A model generated the notes under the pieces. That model was not told where the DNA came from, searched no databases, and saw only the letters and a list, made by a program, of their open reading frames with translations. Below, piece by piece: positions 54,362 through 64,000 of a stretch of DNA of 64,000 nt. Every line of letters begins with the position of its first letter. Positions within the stretch are counted from its first letter, which is position 1. This DNA comes from an uncultured bacterium (GTDB lineage: Bacteria > Zhuqueibacterota > QNDG01 > DSAB01): positions 7,587-71,586 of the forward strand of contig CAZIAH010000004.1 of the NCBI GenBank assembly GCA_964537715.1, read 5' to 3'. The position numbers and the translations under genes were made by a program.

Positions 54362-54953
54362 TGAACAACCGCGCTTTCAATAATTTTCTCCCCCAGAAAA
54401 AACAGAGGAGGATTAAAATCACAATAAAAACCGCCGTTTGATAATGACGAAGAATCATCGCCCAGTTTTCTCCGATCCAGACTCCCATGCCCATGATCAA
54501 ACCATTCCACAAAAAACAGCTCAGGAGAGAGAGAACGAATATCTTGGCCGGATTCATATCGGCAATTCCCGCACCCAGAGAAACCACACTTCTGAATCCC
54601 GACAGAAACCGGTTGAACGCGATAACCCAGTATCCGTACCGATCCATCATCCCCTCGATCTGGTTCAAATGCGTTTCCGAAAAAACCTTGCCGCTTTTCC
54701 TGAGAAAGAGTGTTCGTCCCCAGCGTTTCCCGATCCAAAAAAGCAGCATAAACCCGGCCACACTACCGGTCGTTGCGGCCAGATAAGCGGGGACGAAATA
54801 CAGTTGGCCGCGACCCACCAAAAAGGCACCCAACACCACAAAGGTATCTCCGGGCAGAGGCGGAAAAATATTTTCAATAAAAGCGCTGACCAGCAGAAAT
54901 ATATATCCCCACACCCCCTGAAGGGAATCGAAAAAGGCGGTTAGTGCCTGCAT
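54354..54953 (-). CDS. DedA/SNARE-associated family membrane protein
   Basis: 'AFIENIFPPLPGDTFVVLGAFLVGRG' is the DedA signature. Confidence 0.75.
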   Translation of the reverse strand: MQALTAFFDSLQGVWGYIFLLVSAFIENIFPPLPGDTFVVLGAFLVGRGQLYFVPAYLAATTGSVAGFMLLFWIGKRWGRTLFLRKSGKVFSETHLNQIEGMMDRYGYWVIAFNRFLSGFRSVVSLGAGIADMNPAKIFVLSLLSCFLWNGLIMGMGVWIGENWAMILRHYQTAVFIVILILLCFFWGRKLLKARLFSE

Positions 54954-55432
54954 TACGATCCCTTTTCATCGAGAAGAGCAACCGCATAAACGGCAATGGC
55001 ATTTCCCTGGCCTGTGGCATCGAATTTCTCATGGGTCGTCGCCTTGACCGACACCTGGTTCGGATCGAGACGAAGCGCCTGTGCAATCGTTCCGACCATT
55101 GATTTCTTGTATTGAGACAACTTCGGTGCTTCTGCAATGATGACTGTATCGATATTGACGATTTCGTAACCGGCTTCACCCACCATTTCCGCAACTTGGC
55201 ACAAAAGATCGAGACTCGAACAGCCTTTGTATTTTGGATCGGTATCTGGGAAATGCTCACCAATATCTCCCAAAGCCGCGGCTCCCAAAAGCGCGTCCGA
55301 AATTGCGTGACAGAGCACGTCGGCATCGGAGTGTCCGAGCAGTCCCTTTGCGAAAGGAAGAGTCACACCGCCCAAAATCAGGGACCGCCCAGGAAGGAGT
55401 GCGTGTATGTCGTATCCAAATCCGATGCGCAT
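54953..55432 (-). CDS. ispF: 2-C-methyl-D-erythritol 2,4-cyclodiphosphate synthase
   Basis: 'RIGFGYDIHAL', 'GHSDADVLCHAISDALLGA'. Confidence 0.9.
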   Translation of the reverse strand: MRIGFGYDIHALLPGRSLILGGVTLPFAKGLLGHSDADVLCHAISDALLGAAALGDIGEHFPDTDPKYKGCSSLDLLCQVAEMVGEAGYEIVNIDTVIIAEAPKLSQYKKSMVGTIAQALRLDPNQVSVKATTHEKFDATGQGNAIAVYAVALLDEKGS

Positions 55433-56142
55433 TAATACCCGCTTTCCACAAAGGCTTTCGCAATGATTAAATCAGCCGGAGAAGTGATCTTGATATTGGT
55501 CTCCTCTCCCCGGACGAGGCGGACGCGATATCCCGCTTTCTCCAACAGCGAGGCATCGTCCGTGGAATAAAAATGATTTTCGAAAGCTTGAACATAACCT
55601 GCCTTCAGCCATTCGGTTTTGAAAACCTGGGGGGTCTGAACTTCCCAGATATCGCTACGCAATACGGTCTCCTCTACCCATCCATCTTTTGCTTTTTTGA
55701 TCGTGTTTTTTTCCGGGACGGCCAGAATGGCCGCTCCACAATCCCGTCCGGCCTGAATCACTTCGTCTATTTTTTCGAGGGAGACGAAAGGACGAACACC
55801 GTCGTGAATCGCCACCCATTCTGCCTGCTCCGGAAGCACGTCGAGTGCACGCCGGATGGAATCCTGTCGTTCCACTCCGCCAGCGATCACATGGGCTGTC
55901 TTCTTGATTCCCCATTCTTTGAGAAAACCTTCTGCCAAATCGATCTTCTCTTTTTCGACAACGAGAACGATTTCACCCACCGCATGACATCGGTCGAATT
56001 TCTCGAGCGTGTAAACGAGGACGGGTTTGCCGGCAATCTTTAAATATTGTTTCGGGAATTCGCCGCCGATCCTTTTCCCGGTTCCGGCAGCGGCTATGAC
56101 AGCAACGACTTTTCGGGAATCCCTGTTCACCAGATCCCCCAA
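55432..56142 (-). CDS. ispD: 2-C-methyl-D-erythritol 4-phosphate cytidylyltransferase
   Basis: 'VIAAAGTGKRIG...PKQYL', 'VAIHDGVRPF'. Overlapping start/stop with ispF. Confidence 0.9.
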   Translation of the reverse strand: MGDLVNRDSRKVVAVIAAAGTGKRIGGEFPKQYLKIAGKPVLVYTLEKFDRCHAVGEIVLVVEKEKIDLAEGFLKEWGIKKTAHVIAGGVERQDSIRRALDVLPEQAEWVAIHDGVRPFVSLEKIDEVIQAGRDCGAAILAVPEKNTIKKAKDGWVEETVLRSDIWEVQTPQVFKTEWLKAGYVQAFENHFYSTDDASLLEKAGYRVRLVRGEETNIKITSPADLIIAKAFVESGY

Positions 56143-56143
56143 C

Positions 56144-57172
56144 TCAAAGAATCAGCATGGCATCCCCGTAAGAAAAGAAGCGATATTTCTCACGAATGGC
56201 TTTGCGGTACGCCTTAAAAATAAAATCTCTGCCGCCGAACGCACAAACCAGCATGAGAAGCGTTGAAGCAGGCATATGAAAATTGGTTAGAAGCATGTTT
56301 ACGACCTTAAAATGATAAGGCGCGTAAATGAATTTATCCGTCCATCCGCTGTCCGCTTTGATGTGTCCGTCCGTTGTAGCGACCGTTTCGAGAACGCGGA
56401 CTACCGTGGTTCCCGCCGCGATGATTCTTCCCCCTTTATCAATGATCTCATTGATCTTTTTGGCGGATTCCTCGGATACTTCGAAATACTCCGAGTCCAT
56501 TTTGTGACGCGTTAAATCTTCCACGATGATCGGCCGAAACGTGCCCAGTCCAACATGGAGAAGCACGGGAACGATATGAACGCCCATATCATTGATTTTT
56601 TTAATCGTTTTTTTATCAAAATGGAGACTCGCTGTCGGAGCGGCCACCGCGCCTCTCTGATTGGCAAACAGAGACTGGTACCGGTCCTTATCTACATTCT
56701 CGGTTTCTCTCTTGATGTAAGGAGGCAGCGGGATCTTCCCGATTTTATCGATGATTTCATTAAAATCTCCCTTGTATGTAAAACGAACCACCCGTCCTCC
56801 GGAGACCGTATTGTCCACCACCTCACAGATAATCACACCGCCGATGTTGAGCTTGTTTCCCACACGGACTTTCCTTGCCGGGCGCACCAGCACTTCCCAG
56901 AGGTCTTTCTCCAGTTCTCTTAAAAGAAAAATTTCTACCTCGGCATTGGTTTTGTCCTTAATACCTGTCAATCTTGCGGGGAAAACCCGCGTCTCATTCA
57001 CGACAAGACAATCTCCCTTTTTCAGAAATTTCAGTAGTTCACGAAACGAACGGTCTTCGATTTTCTGATCTTCGCGATAGAGCACCATCATTCGGGAATC
57101 GCCTCTCTTCCGGGTGGGATACTGTGCAATCAATTTTTCGGGTACAGAATACTTGAAATCGGAAAGTTTCAT
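56144..57172 (-). CDS. queA: S-adenosylmethionine:tRNA ribosyltransferase-isomerase
   Basis: 'KLSDFKYSVPEKLIAQYP', 'VAAPTASLHF', 'VGLGTFRP' are typical of QueA. Confidence 0.9.
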   Translation of the reverse strand: MKLSDFKYSVPEKLIAQYPTRKRGDSRMMVLYREDQKIEDRSFRELLKFLKKGDCLVVNETRVFPARLTGIKDKTNAEVEIFLLRELEKDLWEVLVRPARKVRVGNKLNIGGVIICEVVDNTVSGGRVVRFTYKGDFNEIIDKIGKIPLPPYIKRETENVDKDRYQSLFANQRGAVAAPTASLHFDKKTIKKINDMGVHIVPVLLHVGLGTFRPIIVEDLTRHKMDSEYFEVSEESAKKINEIIDKGGRIIAAGTTVVRVLETVATTDGHIKADSGWTDKFIYAPYHFKVVNMLLTNFHMPASTLLMLVCAFGGRDFIFKAYRKAIREKYRFFSYGDAMLIL

Positions 57173-57222
57173 TCTATCCTTCCTTTACAATTTACATGAT
57201 TCCTGAACAACATGATTTCAAC

Positions 57223-58245
57223 TTAAAACAGACTCTCCTGAACCGAGCCGGGAAACGAAACATTCAAAGTTTGATAGGCCAGTGAGGTAGCTTCCCGGCC
57301 TCTGGGGGTTCGCTTGAGAAATCCTTCCTTGATCAAATAGGGCTCATAAATCTCTTCGATCGTGCCGCTTTCCTCACCTGCTGCCACGGCAAGCGTATTG
57401 ATTCCGACAGGGCCTCCAGAGAACTTTTCGACGATGATGGAAAGAATTCGCTTGTCCATTTCATCCAATCCGTGATGATCGACATCGAGCCGTTCCAGCG
57501 CATTCACCGCCACCTCGTCAGTGATACGTCCGTCCCCTTCGACCTGGGCAAAATCCCGCACCCTTCTGAGAAGGCGGTTGGCCACCCTCGGCGTGCCTCT
57601 GGATCGTCTGGCAATTTCGGCAACTCCGGATTCTTCCACTTCAACCTGAAGCAGTTTGGCGGAGCGCAATAAAATCCTGGAAAGCTCTTCAGGCTGATAA
57701 TAGTCCAGCCGGCTCACCACACCGAACCGGCTCCGCAGCGGCGAAGTAAGCAGACCCGCCCGCGTAGTGGCCCCGACCAGCGTGAAGTGGGGAACATTGA
57801 GACTGACGCTGCGGGCATGGGGCCCGCGGTCTATGACAATGTCCAGCCGAAAGTTCTCCATGCCGGGATAAAGGTATTCCTCAACGACGGTGTTGAGTCG
57901 ATGAATCTCGTCAATGAAAAGCACATCCCTGGCCTGGAGATTGGTCAGAATGCCAGCCAGATCGCCCGCTCTTTCGAGAGCGGGACCGGTCGTCGTTTTA
58001 ATATCTGAGTCCAGCTCATTGGCCAAAATATGCGCCAATGTGGTTTTCCCCAGACCCGGCGGGCCGTAAAACAAAACATGATCCAGCGCTTCGCCGCGTT
58101 CTTTCGCGGCCTGAATAAACACCTTTAAATTCGAAACGATTTTCTTCTGTCCCACGAAATCTTCAAACGAACCGGGACGCAGCGTCTGGTCGAACGCCTT
58201 CTCATCTTCCAATGCTGCCGGATTTGTAATTCTCTCTTCGGTCAT
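57223..58245 (-). CDS. ruvB: Holliday junction branch migration helicase RuvB
   Basis: Walker A '[11 protein letters not shown]', 'FIDEIHRL', sensor and C-terminal wHTH. Confidence 0.95.
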   Translation of the reverse strand: MTEERITNPAALEDEKAFDQTLRPGSFEDFVGQKKIVSNLKVFIQAAKERGEALDHVLFYGPPGLGKTTLAHILANELDSDIKTTTGPALERAGDLAGILTNLQARDVLFIDEIHRLNTVVEEYLYPGMENFRLDIVIDRGPHARSVSLNVPHFTLVGATTRAGLLTSPLRSRFGVVSRLDYYQPEELSRILLRSAKLLQVEVEESGVAEIARRSRGTPRVANRLLRRVRDFAQVEGDGRITDEVAVNALERLDVDHHGLDEMDKRILSIIVEKFSGGPVGINTLAVAAGEESGTIEEIYEPYLIKEGFLKRTPRGREATSLAYQTLNVSFPGSVQESLF

Positions 58246-58282
58246 TTGGTTATCAATATGAACGTCAATCGTTTGGGTTAAC

Positions 58283-58870
58283 CTATATCTCCCGCAAGGC
58301 CAGTCTCAGTGCCTTTTCAAGAGTCAATGCTTCGTTTCCCCGGATGATTTTCTGGACTGCCTTCTGGGCCTGCGGACGTTTGTATCCGAGTGAAATCAGT
58401 GCGAGCACTGTCTCTTCTCCAATCGATTCCGCATCGGATGAAATTCCCTTTTCTTCTCTGTCGCTCTCCTCGCCGATTTTTTCCCGAAGTTCCAAGATGA
58501 GTCTCTCGGCTGTCTTTTTCCCGACACCGGGGGCCGAAGTCAGTGTCACTAGATCCTGTTTCGTGATTGCCCTCCTGAAATCGGAAGCTGAAATTCCCGA
58601 AAGAATTCCCTGTGCCACCCTGGGTCCGATGCCGCTGACAGATATCAACAGCTGAAAAAGAGTTCTTTCCTCTTCTGTCGCAAACCCGAACAACTGGAGA
58701 ATATCCTCTCTGACATGCAAATGGGTCAGAACATCGATTTCTTCTCCAGGTTCGCCGAACAATTTATAACTTGAAAACGGGATGGATATTTTGAACCCGA
58801 CCCCGTGATTTTCGACAACGATATGGGTTGGCTTTTTAATGATTAGTTTGCCCCTGATCTGGTCTATCAT
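58283..58870 (-). CDS. ruvA: Holliday junction DNA helicase RuvA
   Basis: 'MIDQIRGKL', and the HhH pair '[16 protein letters not shown]...[15 protein letters not shown]'. Confidence 0.9.
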   Translation of the reverse strand: MIDQIRGKLIIKKPTHIVVENHGVGFKISIPFSSYKLFGEPGEEIDVLTHLHVREDILQLFGFATEEERTLFQLLISVSGIGPRVAQGILSGISASDFRRAITKQDLVTLTSAPGVGKKTAERLILELREKIGEESDREEKGISSDAESIGEETVLALISLGYKRPQAQKAVQKIIRGNEALTLEKALRLALREI

Positions 58871-58891
58871 GAATTTCGGTGCAATCCCATT

Positions 58892-59374
58892 TTATGATGA
58901 ACAGTGTCTCAATCCGCAGCAAAGCGCAACGGCCATCGCATCAGCCGCATCTTCTGACAACCCGGTCGCATCCAGATGAAGTAGATTGGCCACCATCCAC
59001 TGAATCTGTTGTTTGGATGCATTCCCGTTTCCGCAAACAGCCTGTTTGACTTCCCGAGGGGCAAATTCGGTGACAGAAATTCCCAGATTGACAGCAGCCA
59101 AGAGAATAACGCCCCTGGCATGACCCAGTCGCAGTGTCGTTTTCGCATTTTGACTGACATACACTTCTTCAACTGCAACCACCTGAGGATTGGTTTGTTC
59201 TAAAAGAGTTGTGATTTCCTGATAAATTTGCTGTAACTGAATTTGGAAGGCGTATTTTTTATGAATCCGAATGACGCCGCAATCGACTGTTCTGGGTTTA
59301 TCATTCTCAAAGTCGATGAGACCATATCCGATCAAAGTTGTTCCAGGATCGATTCCAAGTATCAAGCTCCCCAC
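58892..59374 (-). CDS. ruvC: crossover junction endodeoxyribonuclease RuvC
   Basis: 'ILGIDPGTTLIGYG', and acidic catalytic residues in 'VEEVYV' and 'DAADA'. Confidence 0.9.
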   Translation of the reverse strand: MGSLILGIDPGTTLIGYGLIDFENDKPRTVDCGVIRIHKKYAFQIQLQQIYQEITTLLEQTNPQVVAVEEVYVSQNAKTTLRLGHARGVILLAAVNLGISVTEFAPREVKQAVCGNGNASKQQIQWMVANLLHLDATGLSEDAADAMAVALCCGLRHCSS

Positions 59375-59375
59375 A

Positions 59376-60116
59376 CTATTCCTTTAATTCTTTCTCATCG
59401 ATATCAAAATTTGAATAAACCTGCTGGACATCGTCCAACTCTTCCAGAGCCTCCAGCAATCTGACCACTTGCTCGGCATGTGATCCTTCGACTTTGACTG
59501 TTGTCTTTGGAATCATCGTAATTTCTTCGGAAACAATGGGAATATGGGCATCGCTTAATTTCTCTTTGACCTTGATAAAATCTTCCGGCAGGGTAACCAC
59601 TTCATAGACATCCTCTTCAAGCGTAATATCTGCCGCTCCGGCATCAATCACAAGATCCATGAGCTTTTCTTCTTCACAAGCCTGACGATTCACTGCGATC
59701 AGACCTTTCTTTTCAAAAATCCAGGAAACACAGCCTACTTCACCTAAATTTCCCTGATGCTTTGTCAACAAATGCCTGACTTCCGATGTCGTTCGATTTG
59801 TGTTGTCCGTTAAGGTATCGATCATCACGGCGACCCCTCCCGGTCCGTAGCCTTCATAGGTCTTCTCTTCATAAACCACACCGGGAAGTTCACCTGTCCC
59901 TTTTTTTATGGCTCGTTCAATATTGACTTGCGGCATGTTCGCAGCCTTGGCAGCCACCAAAGCGGTTCGCAACCGCGCATTGCTGTTTTCGTCTCCTCCT
60001 CCAAAACGCGCTGCTGCGGTAATCTCACGGATCAATTTTGTAAAAACCTTTCCTCTTTCGGTATCCGCTTTCTCTTTTTTCCGCTTGATTGTACTCCATT
60101 TTGAATGTCCTGACAC
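59376..60116 (-). CDS. yebC: YebC/PmpR-family transcriptional regulator
   Basis: 'MSGHSKWSTIKRKK...GK.FTKL.REI' is the invariant N-terminus. Confidence 0.9.
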   Translation of the reverse strand: MSGHSKWSTIKRKKEKADTERGKVFTKLIREITAAARFGGGDENSNARLRTALVAAKAANMPQVNIERAIKKGTGELPGVVYEEKTYEGYGPGGVAVMIDTLTDNTNRTTSEVRHLLTKHQGNLGEVGCVSWIFEKKGLIAVNRQACEEEKLMDLVIDAGAADITLEEDVYEVVTLPEDFIKVKEKLSDAHIPIVSEEITMIPKTTVKVEGSHAEQVVRLLEALEELDDVQQVYSNFDIDEKELKE

Positions 60117-60292
60117 ATTCCCTCCTCGTGCCTTAACTGCTTATAAATTTAAGCATTTTTTTCTTTTTTTCCAAATCGAAAATTTGCTCCTAATGAAATG
60201 AAAAAGCGATACGCCAATTTATAGCGTATCGCTATCATAATCCTAATTTTTTCAAAAAATTCTATACGAAATGAATCTGCTTCAGAATTTTA

Positions 60293-60817
60293 TCACAAAT
60301 TTGATGTGTCCTCTTTTAATTGATAAACTTTGGACGGTACAATCCAGGCATCCGGAAATCCATTCCTGAAAGCTTCCTTTTTCAGATCCTCAGCTTCTTT
60401 CCTGGTAGCACAATCTCCGATCCGAAGTTTATAATGCGGCGCCTCGAAAACTAGATAGACTCCGGTTTGAAATTTAAAAATCGCTTTTTTCTTTGCATCC
60501 CTGGCCTGGTTCTCATCGGTTGTAGCCAAAAGCTGCACGCGAAAACCCTGAATCATGCTTCCTTCATGAAGTGCCAGATCTTCTGAAGGCATCGGCTCGA
60601 CAGGTTTTTCTCCGTTTTCTTCTGTCGGAGATTTTTCCTGGGGACTGACCACAATATCTTCCTCTTCAAGGCTTAAAGGATCGAAATCTTCGACATATTC
60701 TTTTCCCTTGGAAGATTTTTTCCTCGATCCGGATTCAGATTTCCAGCCAAATTGCGAAGTCGAGCAGGAAACGATTAAAAAGAGTAAAAGAGCAACACAG
60801 CTTATTCTGTAATACAT
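60293..60817 (-). CDS. SPOR-domain lipoprotein (septal peptidoglycan binding)
   Basis: Lipoprotein signal 'LLLFLIVSC', an acidic linker, and a C-terminal 'GFRVQLLATTDENQARD...YKLRIGDCATRKEAEDL' SPOR-like RNP fold. Confidence 0.6.
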   Translation of the reverse strand: MYYRISCVALLLFLIVSCSTSQFGWKSESGSRKKSSKGKEYVEDFDPLSLEEEDIVVSPQEKSPTEENGEKPVEPMPSEDLALHEGSMIQGFRVQLLATTDENQARDAKKKAIFKFQTGVYLVFEAPHYKLRIGDCATRKEAEDLKKEAFRNGFPDAWIVPSKVYQLKEDTSNL

Positions 60818-61086
60818 AGCAAATTACCCACAATTAAAATGATTAAATAGAACATAAGAATATATAAAATAGAACATTCCAGTTCAAGTGGTTTTTTTGA
60901 TCCAAAAACCAAAATTACAGGTTTCGTAAATATGAGTTGACAATTTAAATTTTTGTATTATATTTATATATTAATTACAGGGATAAATTGAGTGATTTTC
61001 ATAAGGGAGGTGATAGTTCTATCCGACGTATAGATACAAGTAATTTACTTCCCAATTCATCCATATTAAAAACCAGGGAGGGGAAA

Positions 61087-62661
61087 ATGATCCGTAAATT
61101 GTCCATTTTAATTACTCTATTCATTTTCACACTCATCATCACGACAAATCTTTTTGCAAGCAATGGTACACAAATCGGAACAGTGGGTGCGAGATCGACG
61201 GCGATGGGAAGCTGTTTCCGGGGATTGGCCGATGACTGGAGCGCAGTCTATTACAATCCCGCCGGTCTGACCCAGCTTGAGGGATTGACTATTGGAGTGT
61301 CCAACGGTTTTATCATGCCGAGAGGAAATTACACTCCATTTACTTATCCAAACGATCTGACTATCCCAAGTTTGCCGTTCAATGGCATGTACTCATGGCA
61401 GGAAAGAGAGCTCAGCCCCAAAACATTTTTGGTTCCTTCTTTGTCCATCTTTTATAAATTTGCGGACAAGTATACTGTTGGAATAGGTGTCTATGCTCCA
61501 TTCGGTCTGGGCGCCGAATTCGACATATTCAAGGAACCATCCGGTTACAGAAACGGAACATACAATCCACTGGACAGTTTATTTCATCCGGCTGCAAAAG
61601 CGATATCCAAGGATAAGGAAACCTATAGTGATCATCAGGTCATCAATATCCAGCCCACTTTTGCAATGCAGGTCACCGAAAAACTTTCCGTGGGTTTGGG
61701 TGCAAGCTACATTTCAGGCAAAATGGCTATTGATCAGCTGAAGCTTCCGCTCAATCCTCTAATTTCTGTCTGGGCGGATCCCAACTACGCGGCACTCACA
61801 GGACCACTGGGAGCACTGAGCCAGGATCAAAGCCACCTCATTGTCGAGAACAATCTTGATGGTGATGGGACTGCGATCGGCGTGAATATCGGCGTTCATT
61901 ATAAATTTTCAGACAAATTTTCAGCCGGTCTTTCTGCCCGCTACTGCACCGATTTAAAACTGGAAGGCACCATGGTTCAAACCCAGGCCATGCCGGGAGA
62001 TTCGCTTAAATTTCAAACACTGAGTGCCATGATCCAAGGTGCTCAGCTCGACACTACTTCTGCACTGCGTCCGTTTATTCCTCTACTTCAACAGGCCCAG
62101 GCGCTCTTTTCCGGTCAAAATGTGACTGAAGAATACGATGTCAAAGCCGATCTACCGCTGCCGCTGACCGTTGGCGGAGGCGTCGCCTATAAGCCGAGCT
62201 CAAAACTCACATTGACTGCGGATGTTTCATTCACCAACTGGGCGAGTTGGGATGAAATTGTTGTCGAAAAAACCGCTACCGGTGAACAGGATACGATGAA
62301 AGAGGATTGGAAAAACACGATCGAATTCGGTTTCGGCGTCGAATACCTGGCTGTAGAAAGCGAATCGAGCAATCTGTATATCCGGGGTGGCTTCTACACA
62401 GTAGGAACTCCTTCTCCGGATGCAACCATGAATCCAACAATTCTCGATCCGAATCAACGTTATGTCATTACCGGTGGATTGGGATTGGATCTGGGCAAAG
62501 TCAATTTGGATCTGGCCGCAGAATATGTGCTGTTTCCTGAAAAGATCATCCATGACGACGCATATGTGTTCAACAAAACGCATTACTACGCCGAAAATTA
62601 TGCCGGAATCTATGATTTAAAATCGTGGGTTATTACACTGGGGGCCTCGATCGGGCTATAA
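61087..62661 (+). CDS. FadL/OmpP1/TodX-family outer-membrane hydrophobic-compound transport protein
   Basis: Signal peptide, then 'GARSTAMGSCFRGLADDWSAVYYNPAGL' (the family NPAGL motif). C-terminal beta-barrel ending in aromatic residues. Start taken at the internal ATG at 61087. Confidence 0.75.
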   Translation: MIRKLSILITLFIFTLIITTNLFASNGTQIGTVGARSTAMGSCFRGLADDWSAVYYNPAGLTQLEGLTIGVSNGFIMPRGNYTPFTYPNDLTIPSLPFNGMYSWQERELSPKTFLVPSLSIFYKFADKYTVGIGVYAPFGLGAEFDIFKEPSGYRNGTYNPLDSLFHPAAKAISKDKETYSDHQVINIQPTFAMQVTEKLSVGLGASYISGKMAIDQLKLPLNPLISVWADPNYAALTGPLGALSQDQSHLIVENNLDGDGTAIGVNIGVHYKFSDKFSAGLSARYCTDLKLEGTMVQTQAMPGDSLKFQTLSAMIQGAQLDTTSALRPFIPLLQQAQALFSGQNVTEEYDVKADLPLPLTVGGGVAYKPSSKLTLTADVSFTNWASWDEIVVEKTATGEQDTMKEDWKNTIEFGFGVEYLAVESESSNLYIRGGFYTVGTPSPDATMNPTILDPNQRYVITGGLGLDLGKVNLDLAAEYVLFPEKIIHDDAYVFNKTHYYAENYAGIYDLKSWVITLGASIGL

Positions 62662-62685
62662 AATCATACGGATTAGATACTGAAA

Positions 62686-62724
62686 CAAAAAGCCAGGACA
62701 GTTCAGTCCTGGCTTTTTTATTTT
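62686..62724. terminator. bidirectional intrinsic terminator between convergent genes (GCCAGGAC-AGTTCA-GTCCTGGC + TTTTTTATTTT; A-tract on the other side)
   Basis: Read directly. Confidence 0.6.
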
Positions 62725-62748
62725 CCTTGTAGTTTAAAAATTTTTTCT

Positions 62749-64000
62749 TCATCTCAGTAAAATCATTTTCCTCTCACTGACGAAACCGTTCACATCGATA
62801 CCGAATAAATATATTCCAGAAGCCACATATTTGCCGTTGTGATCTTTTCCATCCCAGACGATTTGATGATATCCGGCGTGCATCCATTCATTGATCAGTA
62901 TCCGAACGCACCTTCCGCATACATTATACACCGAAAGTCGAACTCTCCCCGGTTTGGGCAACTGATACCGAATCACCGTTTCAGGATTGAACGGATTGGG
63001 GAAATTCTGGGACAAACCATACGTTTTGGGTAACTGATTTTCATCCGATTCAACTCCTGTGGAAACCACATTGATTTGAAAATCCCGATCGCATCTCACA
63101 TTATCATCGAGCGGAGGTCTGGCATCTTTCGCGATCACACGCCACCAATAGGTTCCCAGGGCCGGTGTATTGAGAATAAGAGAAGTATCTCTCCTTGATT
63201 CAACAACCACAACGGGATTTGAAAATTGTTTGTTCGTACTCAAATAGAAATTATAGAAAATCGAATCGTTTGGATCGACATTTTTCGAAGATTCCCAGAC
63301 AAATTCAATCGACCAGTTTCCGACATAACAATCCATGCTGTCCGACGGAGCCAATAGTTCAAAGGAGCCCGGAGGATCATCCTGAGACAAAACAGTCACC
63401 TGGAATGTATCCGTATCGAACAATTCGTATGGATCCGTCACCTTCAGAATCACATTTTCAACTCCCCACCAGTTTGGAGCAAGAGTGAGTCTGTATTTTT
63501 CTGTAAGCGTATCCACGGCCCCCTGAATATGCGGCGCTCCCTCAAAACTGAAGTTGAGTAATTTCAAGGGATCGCTCGGATCATTCACATATTCGCTCAG
63601 CCATTCGAAAGAACGCTCAAATACCTCATCCTCCATGAGTATGATATCAGGCATGTTCTCCACGACAGGAGGACGCTGGGGCGTATAAAAATTCGCAGTC
63701 AGTTTCATGGGACCATTTACAACAACCTGAATGGCGGAATTCGTATTAATTATATCACCGCTCCATCCGATAAAGGTATAATTCGGATCAGACGAAGAGG
63801 CCGTCAACTGAACCTGGGTTCCCAAATCGTACCACGGACCCGGAGGCGTTTTTTGAACCTGAATAACCGGTATATAAGAAGGCGAATATCCGGCCTGAAG
63901 TGAAAATTGAGGCATCCACTGTACCTTTTCCTGAATCGGACCCTCAACATTGATTTGCAGTGTGCGGTCATTGCTGGTAACGGAACCCTCACCCGTACCC
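62749..64000 (-). CDS. secreted protein with T9SS C-terminal sorting domain (N-terminus beyond window; reading frame stays open to the window edge)
   Basis: C-terminal 'NFPNPFNPETVIRYQLPKPGRVRLSVYNVCGRCVRILINEWMHAGYHQIVWDGKDHNGKYVASGIYLF' is a T9SS CTD. Upstream are Ig/fibronectin-like beta-rich segments. Confidence 0.7.
   Translation of the reverse strand, partial: GTGEGSVTSNDRTLQINVEGPIQEKVQWMPQFSLQAGYSPSYIPVIQVQKTPPGPWYDLGTQVQLTASSSDPNYTFIGWSGDIINTNSAIQVVVNGPMKLTANFYTPQRPPVVENMPDIILMEDEVFERSFEWLSEYVNDPSDPLKLLNFSFEGAPHIQGAVDTLTEKYRLTLAPNWWGVENVILKVTDPYELFDTDTFQVTVLSQDDPPGSFELLAPSDSMDCYVGNWSIEFVWESSKNVDPNDSIFYNFYLSTNKQFSNPVVVVESRRDTSLILNTPALGTYWWRVIAKDARPPLDDNVRCDRDFQINVVSTGVESDENQLPKTYGLSQNFPNPFNPETVIRYQLPKPGRVRLSVYNVCGRCVRILINEWMHAGYHQIVWDGKDHNGKYVASGIYLFGIDVNGFVSERKMILLR

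Overview
Bacterial chromosomal window that is mostly dense housekeeping genes with two visibly AT-rich accessory islets. Several proteins end in T9SS-type C-terminal sorting domains and one carries a Fibrobacter-succinogenes-major-paralogous domain, so the source is probably a member of the FCB group (Fibrobacteres/Bacteroidetes-like).

Housekeeping content, mostly on the minus strand: polA, ruvABC-yebC, queA, ispDF, gltX, tyrS, smpB, tRNA-Leu(CAG), gpmI, mlaFED, panB, cysE, feoAB with a DtxR-family regulator, and an NCS2 purine permease. There is also a cluster of hybrid HK, TonB-dependent receptor, YfiR-like protein and hybrid HK.

The two accessory regions are the main points of interest:
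- About 3.3-6.65 kb: AT-rich islet flanked by ~80-100 bp direct repeats and REP-like hairpins. It encodes an NTF2/SnoaL-like lipoprotein and a cysteine-less C-type-lectin-like T9SS cargo protein with EPN and WND motifs.
- About 26.7-35.6 kb: island bounded and punctuated by modular intergenic repeats. It contains a Fib_succ_major lipoprotein, an ICMT-family methyltransferase, a CrtI-like FAD oxidoreductase and a YefM-YoeB toxin-antitoxin pair. Its centrepiece is a 1329-aa, very AT-rich STAND/NB-ARC-type P-loop NTPase, my main candidate for a novel defence system. That protein has an N-terminal PD-(D/E)xK-like putative effector and a ~900-aa helical C-terminus. About 175 bp upstream sits an array of roughly ten 21-bp tandem repeats.

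Other oddities: a ~190-bp structured repeat present twice, a 13x heptanucleotide microsatellite, and a His-rich FeoB leader. No CRISPR array, rRNA or recognisable IS transposase was seen. All family assignments rest on reading motifs by eye; no searches were run.
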